NCBI GenBank assembly: GCA_040386535.1
Contig: JAZKFH010000069.1
Location: forward strand, 1 to 25,169
Source: Myxococcota bacterium
GTDB taxonomy: Bacteria; Myxococcota_A; UBA796; SXON01
DNA length: 25,169 nucleotides
Reading direction: 5' to 3'
Shown here: in pieces, positions 1 through 15,241 of the stretch
How the letters are laid out: each line of letters opens with the position of its first letter
Position numbering within the stretch: the first letter of the stretch is position 1
The notes under the pieces: model-generated
What the model saw: only the letters and a program-made list of their open reading frames with translations
The model's database searches: none
What the model was told of the DNA's origin: nothing
Translations under genes and position numbers: made by a program

Positions 1-3000
1 GTCGGTGTCGGTGTCGACGGGCTCGGCGGTGTCGGTGTCGGTGTCGGTGTCGGTGGTGTCGGGATCGCCGGTGTCCGTGTCCACCGGCCCACCCGTGTCC
101 GTGTCCACCGGCTCGCCCGTGTCCGTGTCCACCGACTCACCCGTGTCCGTGTCCACCGGCGCACCCGTGTCCGTGTCCACTGACGCACCCATGTCCGTGT
201 CCACCGGCGCACCCGTGTCCGTGTCCACCGGCTCGCCCGTGTCGACGCTGACCGCCGTGTCGACCGTGTCCGTGTCCACCGGCGCACCCGTGTCCGTGTC
301 CACCGACGCGCCCGTGTCCGTGTCCACCGACTCCCCCGTGTCCGTGTCCACCGGCGCACCCGTGTCGACCGCACCCGTATCGACGCCCCCCGAGTCCCCC
401 GAGTCCTCGCCGCCCCCCTCCTCGTCGACCGCGTACACGTAGACCCGGCCGAGGTCGTGGTCCCAGCCGCGGGCGCCCACGAGCAGCTCGCTCCAGCCGT
501 CGCCGTCGACATCGGCGGAGGCCGCGATGGCCCTCCCGAACGAGTTGGAGGTCGCCTCCCCGGTGAGCGTGATCGCCGCGGTGGTCCCGAGCCCGGCCGC
601 GGAGCCTGCGTAGACGTAGACGCGCCCGGTGGAGGAGTCGTGCTCGTACGCCGAGACGACGATGTCGCTGTAGCCGTCGTGATCGAGGTCCCCGGCCCCG
701 GCCAGGGTGTTGCCGAACAAGTCGTTCGGGGCCTCGCCGGTGAGCGTGGTGGTGGCCGTAGTCGGCACGCCGGTCGCGGAGCCGTGGAACACGAGGACCT
801 CGCCCAAGGCGGGGTAGTCGGGCTGCCCGGCCGGAGCCCCCACGATCACGTCGGCGTAGCCGTCGCCGTCGACATCCCCCGCGCCCGCCACGGCCCGCCC
901 CAGGTAGGCGAACCGGGTCGCGCCCGCGAAGGTGGTCGTCGCGGTCGCGCCGATCCCCGTGGGCGAGCCGTGGAACACGAAGGCCCGGCCGTAGGAGTCG
1001 GAGTCTTCGGGGGCGCCCACGATCACGTCGTCGTAGCCATCGGCGTCGACATCCCCCGCGCCCGCCACCGCGTAGCCGAGCTGCGAGCGGATCGCGCCGT
1101 CGACGGTCGTCGCCGCGGTCGACGACACCCCGCTCGCGGAGCCGTGGAACACCGAGAAGCGCCCGCGCTGGGAGCCGTAGGAGTAGGCGCCGACGATCAG
1201 GTCGCCGTAGCCGTCCGCGTCGACATCCCCGGCGGCGGCGAGGGACTGCCCGAAATAGGAATAGAACGCCGGCCCCAGGATCGTCGTCACCGCGCTCGTG
1301 TCGACTCCGGTCGCGGAGCCCGGAAACACCCACACGCGGCCGGTGAAGCTGCTGTAGAGGCTCTCGCCGACGACAACGTCCGCGTAGCCGTCCGCGTCGA
1401 GATCCCCCGCGCCCGCCACGGCGATCCCGAAGTAGAGGGAGTCGGCGTCTCCTTCCAACGTGGTCGTGGCCGTGGTCGAGAGCCCGCCGGCCGCGCCGTG
1501 GAAGAGGTAGGCTCGCCCGTCCTCGGTGTACGAGCCGACGATCACGTCGGCGAACCCGTCCGCGTCCACGTCCCCTGCGCTCGCGACCGCGTGCCCGAAG
1601 CCGGGGGCCTTGCTCCCAGTGAGGGTGGTGATCGCGGTCGTGTCCACGCCGGTGGTGGACCCCGGGTAGAGATACACCCGGCCGCGCTGCGACTCGTAGT
1701 AGTAGGCACCCACGAGCAGGTCGTCGTAGCCATCCCCGGTGACGTCGCCGCCGATCGAGACGCCGAGCCCGTAGTAGCTGGACGTGGCCTCGCCGGTGAC
1801 GGTGGTGGTGGCCGTCGGGGAGACGCCGGCGGCGGAGCCGTGGAACACGTACACCTGCCCGGTGGCGGACGTGTAGGCGGGCGCGGCCACGAGCACGTCG
1901 TCGTACCCGTCGCCGTCGACGTCCCCGCCGCCCGCCACCCGCTGCCCGAACTTGTAGTAGCGGGAGGCCCCCGTGAACGTGGTGGTGGCGGTCGTCGCGA
2001 TGCCGGTCGCGGAGCCGTGGAACACGTAGGCGTGCCCGACCCGCGTGGTGTCGATGGCGGGCGCGGAGACGATCAGGTCGTCGTAGCCGTCCCCGTCAAC
2101 GTCCCCGGCGCGGCTGACCGAGTAGCCGAATTGCTCGTTGAGGACGGCCGTCCCGGTCAAGGTCGTGGCGGCGGACGCGGACACCCCCGACGCCGAGCCG
2201 TGATGCACCCAGGCCCGGCCGAACATGTCGTAGGCGTAGGCGCCCACGATCACGTCGTCGTAGCCATCGCCGTCGACATCGCCCGCGCCCGAGAGGCTCG
2301 TCGCGTAGCGATCGCCCACGCCCAAGCCCGAGACCGTGAGCGTGGTCGTGGCGGTCGTGGACACCCCCGCGGCCGATCCGTGGTGGACGTAGGCCTCGCC
2401 GGGGATTGCGCTGCCCGCGGCCCCGACCAGGATGTCGGCGTAGCCGTCGCCGTCGACATCGCCGGCGCCCGCCACGGAGCAGCCGAGCGCGGCGGCGCTC
2501 GCCCCGGTGAGCGTGGTGGTGGCGGTTTCGGACACCCCCGCCGCCGACCCGTGGTGCACGTACACGCGCCCCGCGTCGGCCTCCGCGCCGTAGGCCCCGA
2601 CCACGACGTCGGCGTAACCATCGCCGTCGACGTCCCCCGCGCCGGCGACCGCGGTCCCGAACAGATCGTACTCGGCCGTTCCGGTCAACGTGGTGGTCGC
2701 CGTGGTCTCCAGGCCGGTCGGCGTGCCGTGGTAGACGAGCGCGCGGCCGGTGTAGGTCGCGTAGGTGTAGGCCCCGACGATCGCGTCGGCGTAGCCGTCT
2801 CCGTTCACGTCCCCGACGATGTCCACGTCGGACCCGAGCGCGCCGGTGTAGGCCTCGCCCTCGAGCGTGGTGGTCGCCGTCGCGTAGATCGGGTCCACCG
2901 TCAGCGGGTACACCGCGCCGGTGTCGTCCACCTCGATGCGCAGCCCCTCGTCGGTCACCACGAGCCACGCGGGGAGCACGAGCCCGTCGGCGTCCCACGC

Positions 3001-3624
3001 GGTGAGCGCGCTGACCGTCCACGCCCGCCCGTCCCCGTCCGTCAGGGCCGCTTCGTCGCCCCTGCCGTCGATCCGGGCGTCCGTCGCGCCGTCGATCGCG
3101 AGGGCGCCCTCGACCGTCACGTCGAGCGTGAGCGGGCCGTCGCCGCCCGGCGCCGCGTCGATGGTCCAGCCCTGCTCCAGGCCGTCGTCGAGGCCGATCC
3201 ACCACTCCGTCAGCCCCGCGTCCGCGTACTCCAGGCGCGGGATGCACTGATCCCGCGCGTCCACCGCGGTCGTACACGCGCCCAGCCGCGGGGTGCGCGC
3301 GCCCACGGGCACGAGCGCGTCCGGCCGGCCCCAGGCGGTCGTGCGGAGCGAGAGCGCGTCGCCGATGGTGACGGCGTCGGCGTCGAAGCGCGCGGTCAGG
3401 CCGACGGCGCGGAGGTCCGCCCCGAACGCCCCGGCGCGCGGCGTGATGGCGCGGGCCTCCGCGGCGAGGCGCGTTTGGACGACGGCCGCCCAGTCCTCCG
3501 TTGCGCCCGCCGGAAGCGGGGCGCCCGCGCGCGCGGGCTCGACGCGCGCGAACGTGTCGGACCCCGTCGGCTCCGGCGCGCAGGCGGCGAACAGGAGGAA
3601 CGGGAGCGCTCGCATTCGGTGCAT
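1..3624 (-). CDS. Large FG-GAP (integrin-alpha-like) repeat surface lipoprotein, 14 repeats, D/T-rich linker; 3' end runs off the window
   Basis: Absent from the ORF track, presumably because no stop falls inside the window; read manually. ATG at 3624 (alt. 3615) gives MHRMRALPFLLFAAC (lipobox-like), then an N-domain with RLEYADAGLTEWW..GLEQGW..AVYPLTVDPIY, then 14 GD(V/L)xxDG(Y/F/W)x(D/E)-type motifs spaced about 165-185 nt apart (about 2820 to 500), then VDTDTG(A/E)P repeats. The frame is consistent at every position checked down to base 1. Confidence 0.9.
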   Translation of the reverse strand, partial: MHRMRALPFLLFAACAPEPTGSDTFARVEPARAGAPLPAGATEDWAAVVQTRLAAEARAITPRAGAFGADLRAVGLTARFDADAVTIGDALSLRTTAWGRPDALVPVGARTPRLGACTTAVDARDQCIPRLEYADAGLTEWWIGLDDGLEQGWTIDAAPGGDGPLTLDVTVEGALAIDGATDARIDGRGDEAALTDGDGRAWTVSALTAWDADGLVLPAWLVVTDEGLRIEVDDTGAVYPLTVDPIYATATTTLEGEAYTGALGSDVDIVGDVNGDGYADAIVGAYTYATYTGRALVYHGTPTGLETTATTTLTGTAEYDLFGTAVAGAGDVDGDGYADVVVGAYGAEADAGRVYVHHGSAAGVSETATTTLTGASAAALGCSVAGAGDVDGDGYADILVGAAGSAIPGEAYVHHGSAAGVSTTATTTLTVSGLGVGDRYATSLSGAGDVDGDGYDDVIVGAYAYDMFGRAWVHHGSASGVSASAATTLTGTAVLNEQFGYSVSRAGDVDGDGYDDLIVSAPAIDTTRVGHAYVFHGSATGIATTATTTFTGASRYYKFGQRVAGGGDVDGDGYDDVLVAAPAYTSATGQVYVFHGSAAGVSPTATTTVTGEATSSYYGLGVSIGGDVTGDGYDDLLVGAYYYESQRGRVYLYPGSTTGVDTTAITTLTGSKAPGFGHAVASAGDVDADGFADVIVGSYTEDGRAYLFHGAAGGLSTTATTTLEGDADSLYFGIAVAGAGDLDADGYADVVVGESLYSSFTGRVWVFPGSATGVDTSAVTTILGPAFYSYFGQSLAAAGDVDADGYGDLIVGAYSYGSQRGRFSVFHGSASGVSSTAATTVDGAIRSQLGYAVAGAGDVDADGYDDVIVGAPEDSDSYGRAFVFHGSPTGIGATATTTFAGATRFAYLGRAVAGAGDVDGDGYADVIVGAPAGQPDYPALGEVLVFHGSATGVPTTATTTLTGEAPNDLFGNTLAGAGDLDHDGYSDIVVSAYEHDSSTGRVYVYAGSAAGLGTTAAITLTGEATSNSFGRAIAASADVDGDGWSELLVGARGWDHDLGRVYVYAVDEEGGGEDSGDSGGVDTGAVDTGAPVDTDTGESVDTDTGASVDTDTGAPVDTDTVDTAVSVDTGEPVDTDTGAPVDTDMGASVDTDTGAPVDTDTGESVDTDTGEPVDTDTGGPVDTDTGDPDTTDTDTDTDTAEPVDTDTD
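68..370. repeat. Coding 24-bp tandem repeat (about 11-12 copies, CCCGTGTCCGTGTCCACCGRCKCR) encoding G(A/E)(P/S)VDTDT
   Basis: Units start at about 68, 92, 116, 140, 164, 188, 212, (236 variant), 263, 287, 311 and 335. Confidence 0.9.
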
Positions 3625-3791
3625 CGCCCATCGTACGCCAGAAACCAATTCCCTGTGGCCGACGCGCTGCCCGACGATGGGCGTTCACTGGATGTGAACA
3701 CTTTCGGGCGTTCACTCGTTCACCGCCTGCCGATCATGGGTTCCAATGGCGCGAGTCGCACCCAAGCGACCAACTCGGCAGGGGCACACAC

Positions 3792-4247
3792 ATGTCTGTT
3801 ATATTCGCTCGCCCGCTCGTGGCCTCCAACGGCGGCTCTTCCCTTTCGGGGATCGGGCTGTGCGCACTCCTGACCCTGTGCGGCTGCGCCGACGAACAGC
3901 CAATCGTCGGCACGTGGGCCCAGACCGGCTCCGAGTCCCGCGTGGGAGACGACGAGTGGGCAGAGCTGGACGATGCCGCCTGTCGCCTGGACAACACCGA
4001 GGAGTACGGGGAGGACGGGAGCTGGGTGCTGTACGACGGCACGGACCAATGTGGCGCGGGGACCGGAATCGTACGAGGAACGTGGCAGTTGGCCGCCTCG
4101 GACACCAAGATCGTCTACACCTACGAGGGCGCGGCCGGGGAGTACGAGTCCACGGTGGAGAGCCTGACGTCGACCGAGCTCGTCCTCACGAACAGCACCG
4201 GTGACACGGCGGGCACCCAGGTGCGCTCCACCTACGAGAAGCAGTGA
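3792..4247 (+). CDS. Lipocalin-like domain lipoprotein
   Basis: Hydrophobic stretch with lipobox (ALLTLCGC), IVGTW and a second GTW motif, a Cys pair, and a C-terminal 'VESLTSTELVL' strand typical of bacterial lipocalin-like families. Start is uncertain (ATG 3792 or GTG 3819). Confidence 0.7.
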   Translation: MSVIFARPLVASNGGSSLSGIGLCALLTLCGCADEQPIVGTWAQTGSESRVGDDEWAELDDAACRLDNTEEYGEDGSWVLYDGTDQCGAGTGIVRGTWQLAASDTKIVYTYEGAAGEYESTVESLTSTELVLTNSTGDTAGTQVRSTYEKQ

Positions 4248-5998
4248 GGCCCGCTGCCGTGGCCTTCCTCGTCGTGGCCGCGTGGTTGTCGATCGGCGTC
4301 CCCGACGCGCTCGGCGCGGAGTTCTCCGCCATGCGGACCGAACAGGTCCAGTACGAGCCGGGCAATTCCGGGCGGAACGGCTACGAGAGCGCGAGCATCG
4401 ATGTAAATTACCGCTTCGGCGAGTGTTTCTCCACGGTCGACCTCCTGTACGTGGTGCTCCCCGACACGTTGCGGGCCCAGGACTACTATTGGTACAAGGG
4501 CAAGCGCTGGGGGCTGCCCGAGACCATGGTGCCCGATCGGGTCGGGACGGTCGAGTTCAAGGGCCGGGTGGGCGGCGGCGGCGGGCCCTACAACTTCTCG
4601 CTGCTGGCCGGGGCGACCGCCACGTCGTGCCTGGCCTCGCATGCGCTGGCGCCGTTCGCCTCTTTCTGGCAGGAGGGCGCGACGGCCGAGGAGAAGAAAT
4701 CCGCCCTGGAACGCCTGACGTTGAGCACCGCGTCGTCGGGCTTCCGTGCGCCGCCGCTCACCAGCCGCACGGCGGAGCGGTACATCATCGGACTGATCAA
4801 GGAGGAGGAGGAGAAGGCGCTCGAGGCCAAGCGCCAGGAGGCGGAGGCGAAGGCGAAGGCCGAGCGCGAGAAGGAAGAGCAGCGGGCCGCGGCGCAGAAG
4901 GCGGAGGAGGAGCGCGTCGCGGCGCTCCGGGCGGAGGAGGAGCGCGTTGCGGCGCAGAAGGCGGAGGAGGAGCGCGCGCAGGCGGCGGGCGCGGGAGGCG
5001 AGGACGCGGGGAGCACCGACGCGACGACCGGCGATCCGCCGCCGGACGACCCGGAGGCGGCGGCGGGCGACCTGGCGAGCACGAAGGATGGGGAAGCGCC
5101 GATCGCGGAGGACCGACAGCAGGTCGACGGCCGGCAACCCGAGGAGGAGGAGGACGAAGCAGACGCGGCCCCCCCGGTCCCGGTCTGCTCGGCGTGGGCC
5201 TACGAGAACGAAGGGGACCAGGCGCGGGCGCGGCAGGACTTCGACGGCGCCCGGCGGGCCTACGCGAGGGCCCAGGAGGTCTGCTACAGCTCCCGCGTGA
5301 CGGCCAAGATCGCCGCGATCGACGAGCGGAGCGAAGCCATCGCGGCGCTCGCCGACAGCTGGGTTGCCGCCGCCGCCGAGATGGACGAGAACGGCGTACC
5401 CCGGTGGTTCGGCTTTGGTGTGGCCTACAAGAGCGCGACGACGCCGAACCCGGATCCGCGCGCGTTGCCCGTCCGCAGCGCCTACGCATCCATGGCGTTC
5501 TGCCGCTACCTCGCCGCAGAAATGCGCGTGGGATACGCGGCGAGCCCGGTGTACGAGGCGACCGTCCGGGACGTGAACGAGACCGAGGTGGGACAGATCC
5601 AGCTCCAGGACGAGGGCCTGTTCCTCGGCGCGTCCGGAGGCGGATGCATCCCGTTGGAGCACCTGTACCCGTATGTCGTGGGGAACTTCGACCTTCCGCT
5701 CGAAGGAGAGCGCACGATGCTGGGCAGCGAGTGGGAGCTGCAGAGCGACGACACCACCGTGCTCGGCGGGCGCCTCGGCGTCACCGCGGGGCTCATGGTC
5801 AAGATTCCTGTCGTCAACATCGGGCTCGGTGCGAGCTTCGGCTACACCCACTCCATGCCAAACCTGTCAACCGGCCAGCGGATGACACGCGCCTCGGACG
5901 GCAACGACGAATTCGTCGTGAACAGCGTCCTCCACTCGGAGAGCGGCGCCAGCTCCTATTGGAGCTGGGGGGTCCAGGCGATGTACTTCATCCCGTGA
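4244..5998 (+). CDS. Secreted modular hypothetical protein (signal peptide, N-domain, E/A/K/R coiled coil, acidic linker, TPR-like helix pair, beta-strand-rich C-terminus)
   Basis: GTG start overlaps the upstream stop (GTGA 4244-4247). Signal peptide-like N-terminus, AEEERVAA repeats, and a C-terminus ending YWSWGVQAMYFIP. Confidence 0.8.
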   Translation: MRPAAVAFLVVAAWLSIGVPDALGAEFSAMRTEQVQYEPGNSGRNGYESASIDVNYRFGECFSTVDLLYVVLPDTLRAQDYYWYKGKRWGLPETMVPDRVGTVEFKGRVGGGGGPYNFSLLAGATATSCLASHALAPFASFWQEGATAEEKKSALERLTLSTASSGFRAPPLTSRTAERYIIGLIKEEEEKALEAKRQEAEAKAKAEREKEEQRAAAQKAEEERVAALRAEEERVAAQKAEEERAQAAGAGGEDAGSTDATTGDPPPDDPEAAAGDLASTKDGEAPIAEDRQQVDGRQPEEEEDEADAAPPVPVCSAWAYENEGDQARARQDFDGARRAYARAQEVCYSSRVTAKIAAIDERSEAIAALADSWVAAAAEMDENGVPRWFGFGVAYKSATTPNPDPRALPVRSAYASMAFCRYLAAEMRVGYAASPVYEATVRDVNETEVGQIQLQDEGLFLGASGGGCIPLEHLYPYVVGNFDLPLEGERTMLGSEWELQSDDTTVLGGRLGVTAGLMVKIPVVNIGLGASFGYTHSMPNLSTGQRMTRASDGNDEFVVNSVLHSESGASSYWSWGVQAMYFIP

Positions 5999-6070
5999 AG
6001 CGCGGGCACGAACCGAAAGATGCCTTCGGACCGGGGTTCGTGGTAGCCTGCGCCCCTTCTCGGCACTCCG

Positions 6071-11906
<5,836 letters not shown>

Positions 11907-11914
11907 GGGGTGGC

Positions 11915-14122
11915 CTAGTCCCCCGCGGCGCCCTGGTTCAGCAGCACGTAGGCCTTGCCCTTCGCGGTCTGCCACTCGGGGTCGCCCACGGCGAGGTCGT
12001 CGTCTCCGTCGCCATCCACGTCGCCCGCGTGGGGCGCGGTGCCGTAGCCCGCGTTGCCGTTGGACTCGCTGGTGTCGAGGTCGACCCCGCCGACGAGCGA
12101 GCCGATCCGGTCGTCGATCTCGTCGTAGCTGCCGGCGCGCTTGTCGCTGGAGAACAGCTCGGACTTGCCGAACGAGCCGGACTTGTCCTCGAGGAACACG
12201 AGCATGTCGCTGATGCCGTCCCCATCCCAGTCGCCCGCGCGGCGGATCGTCTCGGCGTCGGGCGAGAGGGTGTCCCACGTGTAGCGGACGGCGGCGTCGA
12301 CCGCGGGATCGAACGGGGCGCGGCGGTTGATGCCGCCCTCGACGACGTAGAGCGCCTTGCGACCGTCGGCGTCGCCCCCGTAGATCCACAGCTCGTCGTC
12401 CTCGTCGCCGTCCCAGTCCTCGCCCAGCTGGCTGGACCACGCGGCGGACTGACTGCTGGCCGTGCCGCGGACGAGCGTGGTCGCGGCGCTCCCGATGGCG
12501 CTGCCGGCGCTGGCGTACGGGGTGGCCTGCCCCCAGAGCACCCACAAGGCGCCGCCGTCGGTCGCCCCGGCGTCGGACGTGCCGTCGGAGAGCACCAGGT
12601 CCGGGTAGCCATCTCCGTCCAGATCGCCGCCCACGGGCGCGTTCCGGTAGAAGGCGATCTCCGCGCCGTCGGTCGACCACGTGGCGTCCATCGCGCTCAC
12701 GGCGCCGGACACGGGCGCGGGCGAGCCGTACTCGACGGCCACCGCGTTGGCGGAGCTGCTCGTGTACATCACCACGAGCTCGTCGTAGCCGTCCGCGTTC
12801 AGGTCGATGTTGGTGCCGATGCCGCGGCCGAACGCGGCGCCGGTGACGCCGGTGTAGGTGGCGAGCGCGTCGGCGGTGTCGACGCCCGAGGTCCGCGCGT
12901 CCTCTCCGCCCAGGATGTAGACGGCGCCGGCCCCGCTGGTAGCGCCTGGGGCGCCCACGGCGAGCTCGTTCACGCCGTCGCCGTCGTAGTCCCCCATCAC
13001 GGTCACGAAGCTGCCGAGCAGATCGCCGGTGCCGTCTCCCTCGAACCAGTTGTCGGCCGTGTCGACATCACCGCCGGTCGCGAGCAGGTCGGGCCCCCGG
13101 AACACCGCCACGCCGCCGCATCCGGATGCACTGGCGTTTGACGCGCCGAGGTAGGGGGCGGCGACGATCACCTCGGCGATGCCGTCGCCGTCCAGATCCC
13201 CCACCGCCGTCGCGTAGCCCGTGCGCTCGAACGCGCCGCCGCTGTGGTCGTACACGTAGTCCGCGCGCGCGGCCGGGGCGTCGTCGTCGGGGGCGCCGTT
13301 GCAATCGTCGTCCTTGCCGTTGAAGCGCTCGTCGCCATCCCGGTTCACCGTGGCGTCGAAGTCGTCACAGTCGCTGCCACGGCCGAACGCGAGCGAATCG
13401 TAGCCGTCGCCGTCGTTGTCCCAGTCGCTCGCGTCGTCGCAGTCGGTGTCCTGGCCGTCGTACGGCGCGTCGGCGGCGCCGGGGTTGAAGGTCACGTCCC
13501 CGTCGTTACAATCGACCACCCCGGCGGGCACGTCGTGCTCGTCCGTCTCCACGTCGTAGCCGTCCCCGTCGCGATCGTACTCGTTGGCGCCGTCACAATT
13601 GTCGTCGTCACCGTCGTACCACTCGTCGGGCGCGCCCGGGTACACGGTGGCGTTGTCGTCGTCACAGTCGGTGCCGCCGGCGGCGTCCACCGTGTCGAAC
13701 CCGTCCCCGTCAACGTCGGCGAGGGTGCGGACCGTGAGCGGGATCGTCACCGTGCCGACCTCGCCGCTCTCGGACACGATCGTGAGCGTCCCGGCGAACG
13801 TGCCGTAGTCCGTCGTCTGGGCGAACACGTTGAGCACGTTCGACGCGCCCCCGACGAGCGTGAGGGTCGCCGGCGAGGTCCGGAAGGGGCTCTCCGCCGT
13901 GATCGACGTGAGCACGAGCGCCACGGATCCGGCGTTCCGAACGGGGATGCTGACCGACTCGAGGTCCCCGTAGAGCACGTCGCCGAAGTCGACCGACTCG
14001 ATGCCGAGGATCAGCTCCGCCGGCGTCTCGTCTTCCACCGGCGTGGGGGTCTTGTCGTTGTTGTAGGGCTCCAGTCCGCCGCAGCCGATCGACAACAGCA
14101 CCAGCAGCAGGGAAGCGTGCAC
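11915..14122 (-). CDS. Lipoprotein with Ig-like (ASH/choice-of-anchor-D-like) domain, three MopE-like metal-binding motifs and 7 FG-GAP repeats
   Basis: GTG at 14122 preceded by GGAGG; LLLVLLSIGC lipobox; VDFGDV..VRNAGSVALVL; three DxDGDG..DCxD..DC/NC motifs; seven DxxxDxxx(D/E) blade motifs (GDLDGDGIAE through GDVDGDGDDD). Confidence 0.9.
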   Translation of the reverse strand: MHASLLLVLLSIGCGGLEPYNNDKTPTPVEDETPAELILGIESVDFGDVLYGDLESVSIPVRNAGSVALVLTSITAESPFRTSPATLTLVGGASNVLNVFAQTTDYGTFAGTLTIVSESGEVGTVTIPLTVRTLADVDGDGFDTVDAAGGTDCDDDNATVYPGAPDEWYDGDDDNCDGANEYDRDGDGYDVETDEHDVPAGVVDCNDGDVTFNPGAADAPYDGQDTDCDDASDWDNDGDGYDSLAFGRGSDCDDFDATVNRDGDERFNGKDDDCNGAPDDDAPAARADYVYDHSGGAFERTGYATAVGDLDGDGIAEVIVAAPYLGASNASASGCGGVAVFRGPDLLATGGDVDTADNWFEGDGTGDLLGSFVTVMGDYDGDGVNELAVGAPGATSGAGAVYILGGEDARTSGVDTADALATYTGVTGAAFGRGIGTNIDLNADGYDELVVMYTSSSANAVAVEYGSPAPVSGAVSAMDATWSTDGAEIAFYRNAPVGGDLDGDGYPDLVLSDGTSDAGATDGGALWVLWGQATPYASAGSAIGSAATTLVRGTASSQSAAWSSQLGEDWDGDEDDELWIYGGDADGRKALYVVEGGINRRAPFDPAVDAAVRYTWDTLSPDAETIRRAGDWDGDGISDMLVFLEDKSGSFGKSELFSSDKRAGSYDEIDDRIGSLVGGVDLDTSESNGNAGYGTAPHAGDVDGDGDDDLAVGDPEWQTAKGKAYVLLNQGAAGD

Positions 14123-14179
14123 CCGTCCTCCGACGACGGAGCAGGATAGCCCGAATCTCCCGCCGCACGAGGCTCCCAC

Positions 14180-14506
14180 ATGTCCGATCGCCTGTCCGCC
14201 GCCCGCGACTACGTCACCAAGAAGCCGACCGATCGGTTCGGGCTGTACGCCCTCGCCATGGAGCTGCGCAAGCTCCGCACGTGGGACGAGTGTTTTGCCA
14301 CGTTCGGGGCGCTGCTCGAGCACCATCCCGATTACGGCGCCGGGTGGTACCACTTCGCGATGGCGAAGCGGGAGTCGGGCGACCGCGCGGGCTGCGTGGA
14401 GGCCATCCACAAGGGCCTCGCCGCCTGCGTCCGGAGCGGCGACACCAAGACGCGGGCCGAGCTCCAGGGCGTGCTCGACGAGCTGGAGATGCTCGACGAC
14501 GAGTAG
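14180..14506 (+). CDS. Small tetratricopeptide-repeat protein
   Basis: PTDRFGLYALAMEL and HPDYGAGWYHFA helical-pair pattern of a common family of about 100-aa TPR proteins; the ORF fits exactly between its neighbours. Confidence 0.85.
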   Translation: MSDRLSAARDYVTKKPTDRFGLYALAMELRKLRTWDECFATFGALLEHHPDYGAGWYHFAMAKRESGDRAGCVEAIHKGLAACVRSGDTKTRAELQGVLDELEMLDDE

Positions 14507-14509
14507 GTC

Positions 14510-15241
14510 CTACTCGGAGGACGGAAAGGCCACCCCAGTGTCGCTCTCGCCCTCTTCGAGCGCGCCGTCGGCGATCGCGAACGCGAGGAGCTGGGCGTAC
14601 ACGCTCCCCAGGAACTCGTAATTGTCGCAGAACTGCGCGCGGAACGTGCCCGCGTAGGGCGCGGGCGCAAAATCGAACGTGCCGCGCATCTCCGTGTCCT
14701 TGCGCTCGACATCCACCCAGGCGGGCGCGCCGACGCCGATTTCGTGGGCCTCATCGAGCACCTTGATGCCGCCGTCGAGCGCGTAGTCGAGGCCCGCACC
14801 CTCGTCGATCGCGGCCTCGAACACCTCGTACCAGGCGCCGGTCGCCACGCGGCCGTCCGTCTGGACGTACTTGGCCATCGCGTCGCTCTCCCACGCGTCG
14901 GCGTGCATCGCGTAGCGGCCGAGCCAGTCCTGCTCGGGGGCGAGCGCGAGCGAGAACGCGATGGTGATGCCCCCCTCACGCGAGAACATCGTCGCCTGCT
15001 GGGCGCTCCAGTAGAGCAGGTCGGAGCTGGCGGGCGGCGTGGCGGGATCCCCGTCGTCGTCCGCGGGCCAGCACGGGACGGTCGAGTTGGCGAGCAGCAC
15101 GTAGGCCTGCCGGGCGCCGTAGAGCTCCAGCGAGAGCGTGCTGTCCGGCAGGAAGTAGAGCGCCGTGCGGACGGTCTCCGGGCCCTCCTCGGTGGTGAAG
15201 GTCCCCATGCTGTTGCAGCCGAGCAACGCCAGCATCACCAT
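14510..15241 (-). CDS. Hypothetical lipoprotein
   Basis: ATG at 15241 overlaps the upstream stop (TGATG); MVMLALLGC lipobox; normal globular composition from this point on; 243 aa. Confidence 0.8.
   Translation of the reverse strand: MVMLALLGCNSMGTFTTEEGPETVRTALYFLPDSTLSLELYGARQAYVLLANSTVPCWPADDDGDPATPPASSDLLYWSAQQATMFSREGGITIAFSLALAPEQDWLGRYAMHADAWESDAMAKYVQTDGRVATGAWYEVFEAAIDEGAGLDYALDGGIKVLDEAHEIGVGAPAWVDVERKDTEMRGTFDFAPAPYAGTFRAQFCDNYEFLGSVYAQLLAFAIADGALEEGESDTGVAFPSSE

Noticed and set aside
68..370. Regular 24-bp repeats as a CRISPR or non-coding array
   Set aside because: Contiguous in-frame coding repeats of the FG-GAP protein stalk, with no spacers.
457..3873. 1138-aa plus-strand ORF (and similar long R/G/V-rich ORFs such as 5867-7408, 4201-6183, 7954-9690, 23113-24855)
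   Set aside because: Antisense or off-frame shadows of real genes in high-GC DNA; they have no motifs, and the overlapping frame carries clear domains.
6007..6042. Inverted repeat CACGAACC/GGTTCGTG after the 4244-5998 gene
   Set aside because: An 8-bp stem with a long loop and no U-tract is insufficient to call a terminator or RNA element.
11907..12680. N-terminal 258-aa extension of the methyltransferase ORF
   Set aside because: Out-of-frame read of the upstream FG-GAP gene, Arg-rich and motif-free; a good ATG follows that gene's stop.
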